Assembly: GCA_965203485.1 (NCBI GenBank)
Contig: OZ241892.1
Span: 2,592,001-2,656,000 of the forward strand
Reading direction: 5' to 3'
DNA: 64,000 nt
Origin: Longimicrobiales bacterium
GTDB taxonomy: Bacteria > Gemmatimonadota > Gemmatimonadetes > Longimicrobiales > Gaopeijiaceae
A model generated the notes under the pieces. The model did no database searches, was not told the DNA's origin, and saw only the letters and a program-made list of their open reading frames with translations. The position numbers were made by a program, and so were the translations under genes. Shown here one piece after another: positions 63,501 to 64,000 of this stretch (position 1 is the first letter of the stretch; every line of letters starts with the position of its first letter).

Positions 63501-64000
63501 TCTGCGACGTGGGCGCGAAGCATCTCGATCGTGCTCGGCCGGATTATGGAACCAAGCGCAGGCGCCGACCACTCCTGCCGCAACAGCCGCCGATCCTTCC
63601 CCTCCAGCGCGCGGATCAAGCCGGCGATATCCTCGTCGCCGAACCCGCCGGCATCGCCATGGGCCAGGACGCCGATCGGATCCGCGCTCGCCAAAGCGTG
63701 CCTGGCTTCCCCGCAAAGGGCGGCCAGCCACGCGGCCAAGCCCCGAAGCCCAGACACGATGCCGCCGTCGTGGCCGGTCAGAAGGGCCAGAACCCGTTCG
63801 CTCGGCAGCCCCGCTCCCTCGCCGCTGGTTCTTCCCTCGATGACGTTGCGGAGGAACCGAGCCCCGACGTACTCCGCGATATGCACGTGGACGGGCACGA
63901 AGCGTCCAGGCGACTGCGCAGTGAAGAGCTTGGTGGCGAGCACCCGACGCAGCGCTTCCCCGTCTCCGTCCGCCACTTCGTCAGGGGCTAGGTCGTCGTT
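60590..64000 (-). CDS. Large (NACHT/STAND-type) helical protein with C-terminal PD-(D/E)xK nuclease, 5' partial
   Basis: Frame open to the window edge; winged-helix-like H..IAEYVGA; C-terminal EDTCRD..PE...KRADI....VPVEIKK. The NTPase core is not in the window (inferred). Confidence 0.8.
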   Translation of the reverse strand, partial: NDDLAPDEVADGDGEALRRVLATKLFTAQSPGRFVPVHVHIAEYVGARFLRNVIEGRTSGEGAGLPSERVLALLTGHDGGIVSGLRGLAAWLAALCGEARHALASADPIGVLAHGDAGGFGDEDIAGLIRALEGKDRRLLRQEWSAPALGSIIRPSTIEMLRAHVADDDRGDARQAVVDLLLRGIPHAASALWASPERFPTTPRSFIRELLRLVRDPTWWPRVRHAGLAAALHAVARSGKGNELVDELLAETKDGRVHDPDNELRGKLLTAWYPDRVPPERIWSYVPKTANHRLIGLDVLFWFKRVEQSTRDADLPVLLDGLLASRSRLLAVLREGQLNDLVHRLLVRALNVHGETTPVSRLSKWIEFAAGTEPTDIGRLDGPELRRLRSWFATHPAVGRACLLEFLRKNAQKEDLDIDAWRYRRKLFDGSPPPGFAAWCLDHAIGLASSHVPAARLLLEWAVSLRRAKPHFARWIACAGARLQDMPELRDHLASFAEPPDSLRDQAGTALTEWDKKATAARERRRREEQQFVAHVRERARDLAASSCKPVLLDCLARTYFGFDSGNMSTDPVASLRKLLDSDERLVAATLSGFKRALERDDLPGLDEIVRLDSEGKRSHFALPVLAGLAEGDRTGCGGHRKLTANGIKRAAGFYYLTPRPMVRDPHSGCYHQAHVPDWYDELVKSHTELVAEGLVAVHMSKIRRKTPCEEHLASVAGNPKYRKLAQLAAPSLLRAFPVRCTRPQILALRHLLWASVRYMPDDLASRTATKLARSGMDVAQQALWLGAGMLASPGRYLATAMEFIGEGSPVRAQHLMSFVVPDDLPSFLMEWSTEHLATAIRGVGARVNPWRPPDDNEMKAHFMTHAVEAADKARRLLSAWLDRLANKPGAKAADALEVLAVAPELAMWRHVIFEARDRQVLLRRDHLHQIPTADEVQKVLQDGQPANPTDLLALLVARLERLATEIRDGNTNDWRQYWNVDSHGRPKKKEPRPEDTCRDALLSAVRGRLPTGVGVNVDAQPEAQYAEGKRADIRVSCGGHAVPVEIKKNTHPQLWSAINDQLIEQYARAPESGGHGVYVVLWFGVRYTKTVPPSGRRPKTPEALRERLRGELAPDQRHKIKVVVLDVSRPTERGA

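Overview
GC-rich bacterial window. Gene content (DUF4837 lipoprotein, signal-peptide 6-bladed beta-propeller, bat/moxR operon, Cys-rich TonB receptors) suggests Gemmatimonadota, possibly a marine or sponge-associated lineage (inference only). A housekeeping core at about 7-39 kb carries ahcY, dnaE, a 5'-3' exonuclease, a hisC-like gene, an ABC exporter, SPFH, leuS, tkt, a TonB receptor and moxR-DUF58-batABCDE. It is flanked by accessory/defence-like islands. The left island (0.9-6.8 kb) has an intact IS with TIRs and a CTAG duplication, a ClpP-fold (SDH) serine protease with a small partner ORF, and a collapsed SNF2-DUF1156-AAA-DUF4276-DUF499 locus. The middle has a type II R-M pair with a broken nuclease and a HEPN/MNT pair. 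The right island (50.6-64 kb) has two coupled STAND-like ATPases, a second small ORF + SDH protease pair, IS5 and hsdR relics, and a giant protein with a C-terminal PD-(D/E)xK nuclease that runs off the window. The best novelty candidates are the recurring 'ClpP-fold protease + ~65-75 aa partner' module, the ATPase pair with no visible effector, and a tripartite GACARATTC motif present three times. No tRNA, rRNA or convincing CRISPR array was seen. All family assignments come from motif recognition by eye, not database searches.
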